Source: Octopus bimaculoides (taxonomy: Eukaryota). Taken from it: a stretch of DNA of 64,000 nucleotides. A program made the translations under genes and the position numbers. Below the pieces are notes generated by a model. That model worked only from the letters and a program-made list of their open reading frames with translations. It was not told the origin of the DNA and searched no databases. Shown here piece by piece: positions 10,661 through 25,700 of the stretch (position 1 is its first letter; each line of letters starts with the position of its first letter). The stretch covers positions 137,617,721-137,681,720 of the forward strand of contig NC_068982.1 of the NCBI RefSeq assembly GCF_001194135.2, read 5' to 3'.

Positions 10661-13600
10661 TTGTGTTTCTGTGTTTGTCCCCCACCATCACTTGACAACC
10701 GATGGTGTTGTGTTTACGTCCCCGCCACTTAGCAGTTTGGAAAAAGAGACTGATAGAATAAGTACTAGGCTTACAAAGAATAAGTCCTGGGGTCGATTTC
10801 TTCGACAAAAGGTGGAGCTCCAGCATGGCCGCAGTCAAATGACTGAAACACGTAAAAGAGTAACATTTGCAAGGAAGGACACCTGGCTGTAAAAATCCTG
10901 CCAAAACAGTTACAGAAGAGTCTGGTGCAGGCTTCTGCCTGGCTGGATCTTGTCAAGCCATTCCACCCAGACATTAAGTGATGATGATGATGATGTACAT
11001 ATATATTCTTTTATTTGTTTCAGTCATTTGACAGCAGCCATGCTGGAGCACCGCCTTTAGTCGAACAAATTGACCTCAAGACTTATTCTTTTGAAGCCTA
11101 GCACTTATTCTAACGGTCTCTTTTGCCGAACCGCTAAGTTACGGAGACATAACACACCAACATCAGTTGTCAAGCGATGGTGGGGGGACAAACACAGACA
11201 CACAAATATATTATATATATCAATGATGATGATATACATACATACATATATATATATGTATGATGGGCTTCTTTCATTTTCCATCTACCAAATACACTCA
11301 GAAGGCTTTGGTCAGCCTGAGGCTGTAGTAGAAGACACTTGCCCAATGTGCCATGCAGTGGGACTGAACTCAGAACTGTGTGGTCGGAAAGCAAGTTACT
11401 TAGCACACAGCCACTCCTACGCCTATATAAACATGAATAAAAACAGAGAAAAATAAAGACGGGATGGTCACGGTTGGAATGTCTGATCATAAATGCTCAG
11501 TCAGAACTCACCTGAGGATAAACAATAATCAGTACAATTTGTTGTTAAGTTCAATGACACATTGTATCAAGTTTAACCAGGTTATGTCAAAATGACACTG
11601 ACAGAGGCATATCTTTACATATCACAGAAATATGCAAATAGCTTTGAAAATGGAGATTTTTTTTTTAACATAAAAGTGGGAGAATCAAGCAAAAGTCTGG
11701 TTACTTTAAGTCAATTAGCAAAAGCCTAGAACATACCACCATCATTGGCATTAGTTTCTAGACCAGTGGTTCCCAACCTGAGGTCTGCAGAGGTAGTACT
11801 AGGGGCCCATGAACTAAATTCAAGCACCATTTGAGCGTTGTGGCTGATGCCAGTGTCACCTGACTGACTCCCATGCCAGTGGCATGTAAAAAGCACCATT
11901 CGAGCATGGCCGATGCTAGTGCCGCCTGACTGGCACCTGTGCTGGTGGCACATAAAAAGCACCATTTGAGTATTGTCAATGCTAGTGCCGCCTGACTGGC
12001 ACCTGTACTGGTGGCACATAAAAAGCACCATTTGAGCATGGTCAATGCTAGTGTCGCCTGACTGGCACCTGTACTGGTGGCACATAAAAAGCACCATTTG
12101 AGCATGGTCAATGCCNNNNNNNNNNNNNNNNNNNNNNNNNNNNNNNNNNNNNNNNNNNNNNNNNNNNNNNNNNNNNNNNNNNNNNNNNNNNNNNNNNNNN
12201 NNNNNNNNNNNNNNNNNNNNNNNNNNNNNNNNNNNNNNNNNNNNNNNNNNNNNNNNNCCGCCTGACTGGCACCTGTACTGGTGGCACATAAAAAGCACCA
12301 TTTGAGCATGGTCAATGCCAGTGCTGCCTGACTAGCATGTAAAAAGCACCATTTAAGTGTGACCGATGCCAGTACCGCCCGACTGGCTCCCATGCTGGTG
12401 GCACTTAAAAAACCACCCATTACACTCTCAGAGTGGTTGGTGTTAGGAAGGGCAACTAGCTGTAGAAAGCTTGCCAGATCAGATTGGAGCCTGATGCAGC
12501 CTCCTGGCTTGCCAGTTCCCAGTTAAACGGTCCAACCCATGCCAGCATGGAAAGCGGACATTCAACAACGACGCCAATAGATGTATACATAAGGATAAGC
12601 ATATTAAAAGGGGTCCACAAGAAAACTCATTTAAATAAAAGGGGTCCTTGGTAGTGAAAAGGTTGGGAACCACTGACCTAGACATTACAAGCTAGAATCC
12701 CAGAACTCACCAGGGATGGTCATCTGGTTCCTGTGGTAGATGAATGACCGAGATTACACTTCGTTTCACACAGCTCCAGCCCACTCGGCCACAAATGAGT
12801 AACCGTGCAATGGACTGGAATCCTATCCAGGGGAATGGTGTGATCATGCTCACTTCTATGTCATGGAAACTGGGTAACTGGCTCTACTAGTCCTAGGACT
12901 CCTAGACAGTCATGTCCAAGGGGTTGATGATATTGCTGACGATGCCTCCAGCTGTGACATTAACATGCTGGCATTACTGACTGCATGGTCAATGGTTCAA
13001 ATATCACTGCCTGTATCACACTTTGCCCGTGGATAAGATTGTGAAACCTAACTGTGCTTCCCTGATAAGGTTTGAGGATAAAGTCATTTTCAGGGTTGAG
13101 TTGCTGAACAAGAAACAAAATCAAAGACAGCCGACAACTGAAGGGTCGTTCTTTGTGTTACTTGTCCTGTTTCCCATTTGTTTCTCTTGCCGTTTGCTTA
13201 TTGAACTCATTTGTTTTCATATTTCATGTTGTTTACTGTTGGTGACGTCCTGTACCCAAATATGCATACATACATATACATATATATATGTATATATATA
13301 ATATAAATAATATATATATGAATATATACATACGTATATGTACATATTTACATATATACATATGCATATGTGGGCACAGGACATCACAGAACGTAAACAA
13401 CAAAAAATACGAAAATATGGAATACAAAATACGAATACATGGAATATGGACTCTTTTTGGGAACAACGAAGGAAACAATTGGAAAACAAGACACGCAACA
13501 TAAAGAACGACCCTTCATCAGTTGTCAGCTGTTTTTCTAATCCATACCTCAAGCATTCCATGACAAGATATGCCTTCGATAAAACAGTTGGCCCCGCAAA

Positions 13601-13671
13601 TTAAATTAGATAAAATTTGGGATTTTGCAGAGGGTCAAAATGGGTAACAAAAGCATGTATATACATATGTG

Positions 13672-13716
<45 letters not shown>

Positions 13717-14672
13717 TATATTACTAAAGAAATGTATGGCCTACCAACACATAAATGGAAGAAGAAAAATAAAAGACAAAAACAGAAATAACAAAACAGA
13801 ATTAAATGTAGTCGTTGATAATACTGACCAGTTTTTTTCCTAATATCTTCTATTCGAGTTCCACCTGAGCCATCATTCTCAGTAGCAACAAATAACTCTG
13901 TATTAATATCATTAACGGGACCATTGTAACTCTCCTGTAATTAGAAGGGAATATATGTAAGTGCAAGTGATGTGTGTGTGTATTAGTGTGGTTGAGAAGC
14001 TTGCTCCTCAACATCATTAGTTCCAAGTTCAGTTCCCCCCCCAAAAAAAAAATGGCACATACTTACGAAAATATGGGTTTCTATAAAACAGGAATTTTTC
14101 ACCCAATATTCTACACACTGTTAATAGTGCTACTTCAAGTTCCAACACTAAAATTTACCTCCTATCTCTCAAAGTTTCTGAAATCTAATGATCTAAACAT
14201 CTTACAGTTCTTGCTAGTAAGAATAAAACTTCCAAAATAGATGGAGAAAATTTGAAGGGTTGCTTTGGTATAATGGTAGAACATCTGTTATGTTCACCGA
14301 AGATGTGGGTTTGATTGCCACAGGGAGCCATTGGTTGTTTTCCATCCAAGGGGTTTTTTAACCCAATATTCTAAATGCTATAATTTATAGCATTATCTGC
14401 TTCAAGCTCCACCATTGAAAACAATTTATTTCACATCTCTCAGTTTCTAAATTATGTAGACACACACACAGTTATGACAGGTACTTGTTGACGTTTTTGG
14501 TAATTTGATAAAACAATTCTAGCAAAAACCAAATGTAGCAACAATGACTGCATGTCTTTACAATTCTTGTGTTAGCATTTCACTCAATATGAGGGATTTG
14601 AAAGAAATAAAATCCTTTTAATTAGTCTGGAAAGAGTAATATTCCAATAATTGTCCTCAAATACTCCTCACA

Positions 14673-14724
<52 letters not shown>

Positions 14725-17700
14725 TGTTACTCTATTATTTATTTCAGTCATTTGACTGCAGCCATGCTGGAGCACCGCCTTTAGTCAAGCAAATCAACCC
14801 CAGGACTTATTCTTTGTAAGCCTAGTACTTATTTTATCAGTCTCTTTTGCTGGACCACCAAATTACAGGGAAGTAAACACACCAATATTGGTTGTCAAGC
14901 GATGTTGGGGGAACAAACACGGACAGACAAACATACACACACATATACGACAGGCCTCTTTCAGTTTCTGTCTACCAAATTCATTCACAAGGCTTTGGTT
15001 AGCCTGAGGCTATAGTAGAAGACACTTGCCCAAGGTGCCACACAGTGGGACTGAACCCAGCACTATGCGGTTGGGAAGCAAGCTACTTACCACACAGCCA
15101 CTCCTAAACTGTGTACAGGTATGATAGAGAAACTAATAAAATGCTCGGCTTCATCGTACATACCTCACTTTCGTCATCAGATGTTGCCTGACTGTAATCA
15201 AAATCAGCAGCCCCTTCATCATCTTGGGTAATTAGGTCAGGATTGAACTCAAACATTTCTCGACCACTAATCTGGAAAGAAAGAAACATAAAAAGTTAAC
15301 AACAAACAAGTGTAAGCATACGCATGTATATAAACATGGATATTACAGATATACATGTCCAGTGGCTGGCTTCAGGAAGAGCATCCAGCTGTAAAAGCCA
15401 TGCAAAAGCAAACATCAGACACATTGGATCCTGTCAAACCATCCAACCCATGCTGGCATATTATATACACTCAGGGGATTTACAAGGATAAAAATAGTTT
15501 CTAATCATGCTTTTTATACTATATTTGTGTTTATGTGTGTAAAAGAGTGTGTGTATATACACACACACACTCTTACTTGTTTCAGTCATTTGACTGCGGC
15601 CATGCTGGAGCACCGCCTTTAGTCGAACAAATCGACTCCAGGACTTATTCCTTGTCAGCCTAGTACTTAATCTATCGGTCTCTTTTGCCAAACCGCTATG
15701 TTATGGGGACGTAAACACACCAGCATCAGTTGTCAAGCGATGTTAAGGGGACAAACACACACACACACACATATACGACAGGCTTCTTTCAGTTTCCGCC
15801 TACCAAATACACTCACAAGGCTTTGGTCAGCCCGAGGCTATAGTAGAAGACACTTGCCCAAGGTGTCATGCAGTGGGACTGAACCTGGAACCATGTGGTT
15901 GCTAAGCAAGCTACTTACCACACAGCCACTCCTGTGATAGAGAATTAGGGATTTATGCAGGTATAAAAATGTTTGTCTGTATGTACATATACACATCAAG
16001 GTATACAAAATGTAGAAAAAGTATCATATGTACTGGAATTTATTCAGCCAAAAGTTTCCCTTTGTTTCTTAACCCTTTAGCATTCAAATTGGCCAAAATA
16101 TTCTGTTTTATGTTCAAACTGGCCAAACTAGCCTCTGACACCAACCCTACAACATCATTCTAAAAATTAAATGTTACTTCATCAAAATCTCAAAGCTAAA
16201 ACATAATGCCTGATTAATTCAAAACCTTTTCACAGAATAATATGGATGCTGAATCGTCAAACAAAAGTTTAAACGCAAATAAGCCTCAAAAGCATGTAAC
16301 GAAGCTGATTGTGTTAAAGATACCCACGGACGAGATGGTGGTATTAGACTGAGAAGCAAATTAAGTCCAGCCTATGCCAAGTAAGCTATGGTGGTATTTG
16401 AACATAGAATGCAAAGAACTGGAGTAAATACCACAAGGCAGTCCATCCAATGCTGAAATGATTCTGCCAAGACATTGCTCTTCATTGAAACCGATAACCA
16501 ACCTTGGAAAATGAAAGGCAAAGTTGACCCGTGAAATCTGAACACAAGGAACATGAATAAATGCTGCAAGGCATTTGGTCTGAGGCTCCACTCCCAATCC
16601 ACTGCTCTGGACAGGTATTTTAATGACCAGTCCCAGAAAATGAAAGGCAAAGTTGACTTCGATGAGATTTGGAATCAAAACATTACAAACTAAAATACAA
16701 GACATTTTGTTTGATGTTCTAATGATTCCTGCAGAGAGAGAGAGAGAGAGAGAGAGAATTATGTGCAAGGTCTGATCAAAGAGTTTCAGGACTGACGCTG
16801 TGGAGTGAAGCTGCTTGACACAGATTGACTTTGAATTCTGTCGTGCACGCACATTAAGTTATATTCTTGCTCACGCCAATTGTTTATAGCAGTGCTTGGA
16901 AGAAAAGTGTGGAGGGTGTAGTGGTCTCCCCACACACAAAAAAAAAAGGTTCCCTCAGTAACCATGGCAGAGAAAATGTGCATGCATGCACATGTGAGAG
17001 AGAGAAAAAGTTCACGGGTGGAAACGGACATGGTTTGAAAGTTACTAAAGCCAAGAATTTTTCCAAAAATCAAATACCATTTGAAAGGAACAAGATTTTA
17101 AAAGGAAATCCAGGAGAATGCAACAAGGCAGCTGCTTACTAAAAAAAAAAAAAAAAAAAAGTTTCAGGAATGCTGCCATCAATGGAAACAATGCTGGATA
17201 AAGTGTGCAGTTTCAAAAAGGAACTACTTTGAAAGAGATTAAATGCCCAACTGATATGATGTAGTTCTTTTAGCACTCATCCCCAACTGATTCACGTAAG
17301 AATTATCCAAGAATCATTAGTTGATTTTAAGAAGACCACAGAGTAAAGTTAATATCACCCTCTTTCCAAAAATATTCTGAAGAATATTCTCAAGAAACTT
17401 ACTCCAACTGTACGTCCAGCTTTAAATTCCGCTTTCTTCTTTTCTGTTTCCTGGTTAAAAGCAGCAATTTTCTGTTTTTTCTGTTGGATAAAATAAATAA
17501 AGAGAAATTAATTAAATTGAAAAAAGACCAATAAAATAAAACAAATTTTTTTACTCAATTGTAATTAATTAGGCAGAGGTATATGGCTGTGTAGCTATGA
17601 AGCTTGCCTCCCAATCACATATCGTTTCAGGTTCAATCCCAACGAACAGCACCTTGGGCAAGTGTCTTCTACTTAACATATATTTATATACAACCAAGAC

Positions 17701-20700
17701 TATCCATCATCAATGACTGGCAAAGACACTCACTAAAACGGTACAACCGTTTCTGAACAAGCTCAAGTCCAACTCAGAGCAATGTGCATATCCAGGAATA
17801 ACACACTAGATGATGGGAGACATGAAACAAATCACAGAACATGTAAATATATTGAAAATAATGTTCATGCCTAAAAATATGGATGTATTGTGAGAAAAAT
17901 GATAAACATAACTATGGTAGTTATTATGTTAAAAATTCTGCTTGTCTTAGACTGTTTGGCTGACAAACAAGTTCCCTTCTCACTTCACAGGTGACTGGTT
18001 AGTGGTGAAAGGGTTTCTAACTGGAAACCAAGATGCCTAAACAATATGCAAATTCAACGAAATAACAGTGCTGGTTTCTATACTTCTCAGGTGGGACATT
18101 AACCTTTTAATGCAGAAAAATTATTTAAAGAATTCTATGGCCTCTGTCTAAAACACATTTTTGTAAATGTGATTTTATAGTATGGACAATCTATAGACTC
18201 TTCATTCATCACAGTGTCTTACAAATTGTGACAATCCACCCCCTCCTCCTCATCATCATCATTCAACATCCATGTTATATTCTGGCATGGGTTAGATGGT
18301 TTGACAGAGTCTGATGGATCCAAGGACTGCACTAGTGTTTGCTTCGGCATAGTTTCTACAGCTGGATGCCCTTCTTAATGCCAACCACTTTACAGCATGT
18401 ACTGGGAACTTTTTTTGTGTTGCCGACACTAATGAAGTCACCATATAATTCCTAAGACTACAAAACCTGAGGTTGGGGCAGGGCTTTATGCAAGGAGAAG
18501 AAGGGCTAAAGTATGAAAGAAGGGTGAGTTGGGCAAGCAGGTTCTTGTCATGGAGGAGCTACAAGGTTACATTTAGAAGAGAGGGTGAGAATGATCTGTT
18601 GTTGTCGTTTGTGTATGACACAGTTTTTACAGCTTGATGTCCTTCCAGTCACCGATCATTTTAAAACTGTGGTCCACAAGGACAAGACAGGGGGTCCCTG
18701 GACAGCAAATACTTTTTATGGGCAATTTGATTTTATATATGTTTTTTAATTGAAATCTTTTAATTGACAATAAACCTATTTGTTAAATACTGTTAAATAA
18801 ATAAATGTAAAAATATATGTTATTTTAAGCAAATATTTATGTATAAATTTCATAAGCGTTTATAAGGGGGTCCCTAAGGTAAAGCCTGAAATATAAAGGG
18901 GTCCGCAAGTCAAAAAGTTTGAAAACCCCTGCTTTAAAGCATGAACTGAATGCATTTTATCACGCCATTAACACAAGAGAGTTTGTCTGCACCAGGACCA
19001 ACTGGAGAATCTGTGTTACTTCAGAGTCACTGCACTCATAAATGGGCTGGGTATTTTTTGTGTTTGCAGAGCCAACTTCACCTCCATCTCACACAATTTG
19101 TCTGTTTTGTCGGTGGACACACCAAGATTTTGGGATTGCTTGCATATATTACAACAGTGAAGGAAATATAAAACTGTAAACAGTTACATAATACACTTTG
19201 TATGCATCAAGTGATATTGAGCTGTTTTCTACAGAAAGGACAAGGAGTAAACTCCTTCGGAATTATTTAATGAATAAAATTAAATATAATCACTAGAATT
19301 TGAGGAGGGTTGCTGCTATAAGAGCAGGCAACAGTCAAGTTGGTAGGAAAATAAATACATAATCCTTCCTAATTTTGGCACAAGGCCAACCGTCTTGAGA
19401 AGCGGGTGAAGTTGATTTCATCAACCCCAGTGCTCAATTAGCACTTATTTAATCAACCCCAAAAGAACGAAAGGCAAAGTTGACTGTAGTGGAATTTGAA
19501 CCCAGAACTTAAAGAGTCAGAAGAAATGTTGAATAATGTTTCAAGTAGAGTATTATTTCATCACATGGAACAACTACATACTATTCGCATGTTATGCATT
19601 AGGTCAGATGCTTCTCATGGGGACAGAAAGGGCTGTGAGAGTGAGAAAGGGGACAGACAAAGGGACAGCTGCAAAAAGATGAAGAAGGTGGACAAATTGT
19701 TGAGTTTGACAAAATTAAGAAAGATTTAATCTGCTAAAACTTGCCCAACACTAGAGCAAAGGAAGAAAAAAAATTCTATGGATGCAGACTATATTTTACC
19801 ATTTTCTTAAAAATAAAAGTTGGTAGAGAAGAAGCAAAAAAATTTCCTTGATATATTTTTTGAAGGAGATAGGTATTTGTGAGTTTGGAAACCACTGCAT
19901 TAAGTTATAGCTGGGTATGTTAACTTGTGGAAAATGGAGAGGGGAGAGAAGCAGGGGAAAGGAGAGTTAGGTAGAGAAAGGTCTGGTATCTGGTTAAAGA
20001 AAGTTGCAGGTTACCTTTCGCTCCTTCCATTCCAAGAAAGTCTGCAAAGTGATTTTTGTTCCTGTATGAACAAGAGCTGCTCTCTGTAGAATAAAGAAGA
20101 ACAAATAGTGATATCAGCTCAAACTGAAAAGAAGAAGCTTAAACAAGTCTGTAACAGAGTTAATAAAATACAGTCCAGGTCATCATTATCATCGTTTAAC
20201 GTCCGCTTTCCAACGCTCTCAATGATCACGCTCGAATGGTGCTTTTCCTGTGCCACCAGCACAGGAGCCAATCCGTGGCCCTGGCAACAATCACACAGAT
20301 GTGCTTTTAACATTCCACTGGCATGAGTGCCAATCAGGCAGTACTGTCATCAACCACATCAGTGATTTTGATTTGTTTTCACTAACCTCAACAGGTCTTT
20401 GCAAGAAAATTTATTGTCCAATGAATGAGGGGTACTCATAAGTGGGCTGGTTACACCCCACGTTCGGATGTGCTTTTAACATTCCACTGAATATTTATAT
20501 ATCATCATCATCATATATATAAAATCATATGTACAAAAACTATAGGCAAAGCTAAAATACAGGTATATGGCGTAGTGGTTAAGAACGCAGGATACTAACC
20601 CTAAGATTTGAAGTTCAATTCCAAGCAGTGACCTGAACAATAATAACATCAAAAAATACCTTAGGAATGAGAACCAAGGTTCAAAATTTCCCCAAGACAC

Positions 20701-22748
20701 CTGAAGGCTGGAGGGTATATCAGCCGAAACGTTTTAACAACAAACAAGATGAGGATAAATATCCGTCAAATGTAAATAATGTACATAATTCCTCATCTCT
20801 TAAATATAGAACTGTAAAGCTAAAATAGATGATATATTTAGTATACATAGTAAATAAAAGTTTCTACTCACTTCTTTCTCAATTAATTCTTCAAGAGAAA
20901 TTTCATCTTTCTTTTCTAACAATTTTTGGTCTTTTTTCAATACAAATCCTTCAGAAATTATATAAAAAATAGAATTTATCATATAGTATGAAAGAATTGT
21001 GAAATTTAGATAAAGAAATGAATTGCAGAAAATTTACAGGAAAACTTGTATATAATGTAAGATAACGACAACAAATGATATAATTCCTAATATTGGTAGA
21101 AGGGCACTAGAAAGATGGAAGATAAAGTGCCAGCCTTGGCAGATTTTCAATTCATAACTGTAGAGAAAACAAATCTACAAGGTATTTTGTCTGCTCTTCA
21201 ATGTTCTTTAATAATACATGGATCCCACTCTCTGCTATGTTCATGGAAAAATATGAATCAATGCTTCAATATGATGTAATGACCTTTGCACAGGTAAATG
21301 CTATTGATGATGATGATATTGTAGTCTCAATAGTGATATTTTTTTTTTACATGATTAATAATTGATTTCACCATCTGCTTCATCATCATTAATTGATAGG
21401 CCAATGAGAATGCTTCTATGCAACTGTTTAGCCTGCAAGAAATAGTAACCAAATCTTCCTTTAATATTCTGTTGTGTCTGGAGAGAGTCATTCTCTTTCA
21501 GTGCCTTATAATTAAACACATTCACCAGTAAAATTTCCACTCATTTACTTATTTATTTTTCTAAAAATTTTCATTGTATCTTGCAACCTTCTCAAACAAA
21601 ACTTCCTTTAATAACACCATTTAAAAGAAAAAAGAAAAAAGGCACAGGACACATTGGACAAATGTTTGTTCAAACAGAGATGAACAACAGTAGCTAAATG
21701 ACACCAGTTTAAAAGCATATCACACCTCCCACACTAATTTATAAACATACATGTCAAATATAATAGGACTTCTATACATACCTGCTGGTAAACAATGCCG
21801 ATATATACATTTATCGTTGCCATTTGGACAATCCCAAAACCAACCATACTTGCTGTTCTCAACAGCATCTAAAAAGTATTTGCAAATCTGAAAAACAATT
21901 ATATACAAACATATATAAACGTATGTGCATATTGATGTAACAATGTTGAAGAAGTTTATTGTAAAATAAAAACATTGAATATAAGTCATAATATATAGCA
22001 TTTAAGGGTCAGGTGTCACATTTTGTAAATGATTCAGAAACAGGTTTGTTGTTTCTCCACATATCTTTAATCATCATTATCGTTTAACGTCCGCTTTCCA
22101 TGCTAGCATGGGTTGGACGATTTGACTGAGGACTGGCAAGCCAGATGGCTGCACCAGGCTCCAATCTGATCTGCCAGAGTTTCTACAGCTGGATGTCCTT
22201 CCTAACGCCAACCACTTGAGAAGCGGGTGAAGTTGATTACATCAACACCAGTGCTCAATTAGTACTTATTTAACCAACCCCAAAAGAACGAAAGACAAAG
22301 TTGACTGTAGTGGAATTTGAACCCAGAAGGTAAAAGAGAGTGTAGTGGGCCAGTCACACGGTACTGGCAATGGCCACACTCAAAATGGTGTTTTTTACGT
22401 GCCACCTGCACAGGAGCCAGTCCAGCGGCACTGGCAATGACCTCGTTCAAATGATTTTCTGCAAAGTGGGGACCCATCCTGGTAGTCTTGGGCTCGGTCT
22501 CAGTGTTCACACCTTGGGTAAGTGTTTCCTACAATAGCCCTGGGCAACCAAAGCCTTGTGGGCAATTTGGTAGACAGAAACTGAAAGAAACCCACCAGGT
22601 GTAATATATGTGCATGGGTGTGTGAATGTGTGCCCTTGACTAGACATTAGGTAATGCTTATAATTGAGCACCACTGCCATACCAGTGAGGGTCTGCAAAT
22701 AGGAAGGACATTCAAAGCCATGTGTGGAAACCCATTGTGTAGAAGTGT

Positions 22749-22779
<31 letters not shown>

Positions 22780-25700
22780 ACAATGTGGTTGGCATTAGGA
22801 AGGGTATCTAGCCATAAAACCTATACAAAAGCAGACACTGGATCATGATGCATTTCTTGGACCCACTGGTTCCTTGTCAAACCGTCCGACTCATGCCAGC
22901 ATGGAACATAGATGTTAATGATGTTCATCATCATCATTTAACATCTGCTTTCCATGCTAGCATGGATTGGACGATTTGACTGGGGACTGGCAAACCAGAT
23001 GGCTACACCAGACTCCAATCTGATCTGGCAGAGTTTCTACAGCTGGATGCCCTTCCTAACGCCAACCACTCCGAGAGTGTAATGGGTGCTTTTTACGTGC
23101 CACCAGCACGAGGAACAGTCCGGCGATACTGGCAATGGCCATGCTCAAATGGTGCCTTTTTTATGTGCCACCTGCACAGAAGTCAGTCCAATGTTTTGTT
23201 CACATGCCACCGGCACAAGTGCCAGGAAGGCGAAGCTGGAAACGAGACCGCTGCTCAGGCAGTGATCCCGCTCGGATGGTGTTGTTAACGCTCCACTGGC
23301 ACGGGTGCCAGTCATCGAATTTGGTTCAGTTTCGATGACTGATATATATATATATCTCAACACACACACTGACAATCAGTGTTGATTTGTTTACATCCCT
23401 ATAATTTAGCGGTTTCGTAACAGAGACCCTTCGAAGTGGTACCCCAGCAGGGCCACATCCCAATGACTGAAACAAGTAAAAGATACTTACAATAGAAGTT
23501 TTTGGCTTAGCCTTGTTACTTTCTCCATGTTTCTGATCAACAACTTCTTCCAGCTTCTGCTGGTCCCAATCATTCATAGTCTCTGTAATATATCACAAAC
23601 AAATAGACATCAGACATAACATTTCTGGATCCGACAATTACTTCTAACCATCTCCACATTAATTTTAATAACTGTTAAGTGTGTATGACTTGCCAAACCC
23701 ATATCAGATTGATGTATTGTATTTATGACTTCATATAATAAATGTACAGGTGCAGGAGTGGCTGTGTGTTAAGAAGTTTGCTTACCAACCACATGGTTCT
23801 GGGTTCAGTCCCACAGCATGACACCTTGGGCAAGTGTCTTCTACCATGGCCTTGAGCCAACCAAAGTCTTGTGAGTAGATTTAGTAGACGGAAACTGAAA
23901 GAAGCCCATTATGCATATATATATTTATGTGTGTATGTGTTTGTACCCTCAACATCACTTGACAACCGATGCTGGTGTGTTTACGTCCCCGTAACTTAGC
24001 GGTCCTGCAAAAGAGACCGATAGAATAAGTACTAGACTTCCAAAGAATAAGTCCTGGGGTCGATTTGCTCGACTAAAGGCACTGCTCCAGCATGACCGCA
24101 GTCAAATAACTGAAACAAACAAAAGAATAGGAACTTTGTAACCCGTACTAAAGTGGAGAAATAGCTACTATTGATCGCATGTGATGTGGATGTGTTTATG
24201 CAATGCTCAACGCATTTACATGGAAACCTGAATATATTTATTATATGTTTATATATTTGCAGAGGAACACTCTGCAAAGTGGTTGGTGTTAGGAAGGGCA
24301 TCCAGCTGTAGAAACCTTACTAAAACAGACAATGGAACTTGGTGCAAGCCCTGGTCTTGCTAGCACCTGTCAAGCTATTCAACCCATGCCAGTATGTAAA
24401 ACAGATGTTAAACGATGATGGTGATGTAGCTTATATATGGACAATCATCATCATTGTCTAACGTCCGCGTATATTTCTACTCTGTATTTAGCTAATTAAA
24501 CAAGCTGTTAGTAAAAGATAATAAAAGTTATAGCAGCTAATTGCCTTTCATGTGCATGATGTTAAAGAGACAGACAAACAGAGGGAAGGAGGAGACACTG
24601 TCAATAACGTTACTTATCAGCGTTTAACATTCTTTATTTTTAAATGTATCCAAGACTTGACCTGCATCTAATGCAGCCATATTACAAACAGGAAGCAGAA
24701 AGACTGAGAACTATAGACTAGATGAGCATAAGGCTATTATGTAAAATAATTTTCCCTAATGATATTTATTTCTTTATTGCCCACAAGGGGCTAAACATAG
24801 AGGGGAGAAACAAGGACAGACAATGGAATTAAGTCAAATTACATCAACCCCAGTGTGCAACTGGTACTTATTTAATCGACCCCGAAAGAATGAAAGGCAA
24901 AATTGACCTCGGTGGAATTTGAACTCAGAACGTAATGGCAGACGAAATACTACTAAGCATTTCGCCCAGTGTGCTAACGATTCTGCCAGCTCGCCACCAT
25001 TCCTAGTAATAAATACTGAAAACAAGTTAAATCACCACAGACTATTAGTACAAACTTACAAAATATTGTTTATGGTACATCAGCAGTTGTGTGATAATTA
25101 CCTCATTATGCATCCTTTCTCAGCATACATAACCCACACCAAATATTTTATAATTGTTACCTTTAAGAAACATTTTTTATTATCTCAACGAAAAATTCAC
25201 CTAGAAAGATGAAAGTATGTTTAATTTTTATCTGCCTGTCAACTATTTGTCAAGAATGGATAACAACAAAACCAGTCTGGCAGCTTGGTTGTGGTAGCAT
25301 AAAATACAATAACCAAAATACAAGTTTTACATTCTCTTGACCCAAACATATACAATTAATATAGTTGAGATAAGAGAAAAGAAAGTTGAAATATGGTTCT
25401 CCCATAACATCATCATCGTTTAACGTCCACTTTCCATGCTAGCATGGGTTGGACGATTTGACTGAGGACTGGTGAACCAGATGGCTGTACCAGGCTCCAA
25501 TCTGATCTGGCAGAGTTTCTACAGCTGGATGCCCTTCCTAACGCCAACCACTCCGAGAGTGTAGTGGGTGCTTTTACATGCCACCGGCACGAGGGCCAGT
25601 CTGGCGGTACTAGCAACGGCCACACTCAAATGGTGTTTTTTACGTGCCACCTGCACAGGAGTTAGTCCAATGTTTCGTTCACATGCCACCGGCACAAGTT

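Noticed and set aside
11726-12420. Repetitive ORFs and a CRISPR-like periodicity
   Set aside because: This is a 66-bp minisatellite (a multiple of 3) in a retroelement. It has no unique spacers, no cas genes, and the context is eukaryotic.
13020-13080. Minus-strand CCCTGAAAATGAC..AAACCTTATCAGGG hammerhead-like string
   Set aside because: Several core mismatches and no consistent stem I or II.
23340-24125. SINEs flanking ZC3H15 exon 5 as a possible looping pair
   Set aside because: Both copies are in the same orientation and cannot pair.
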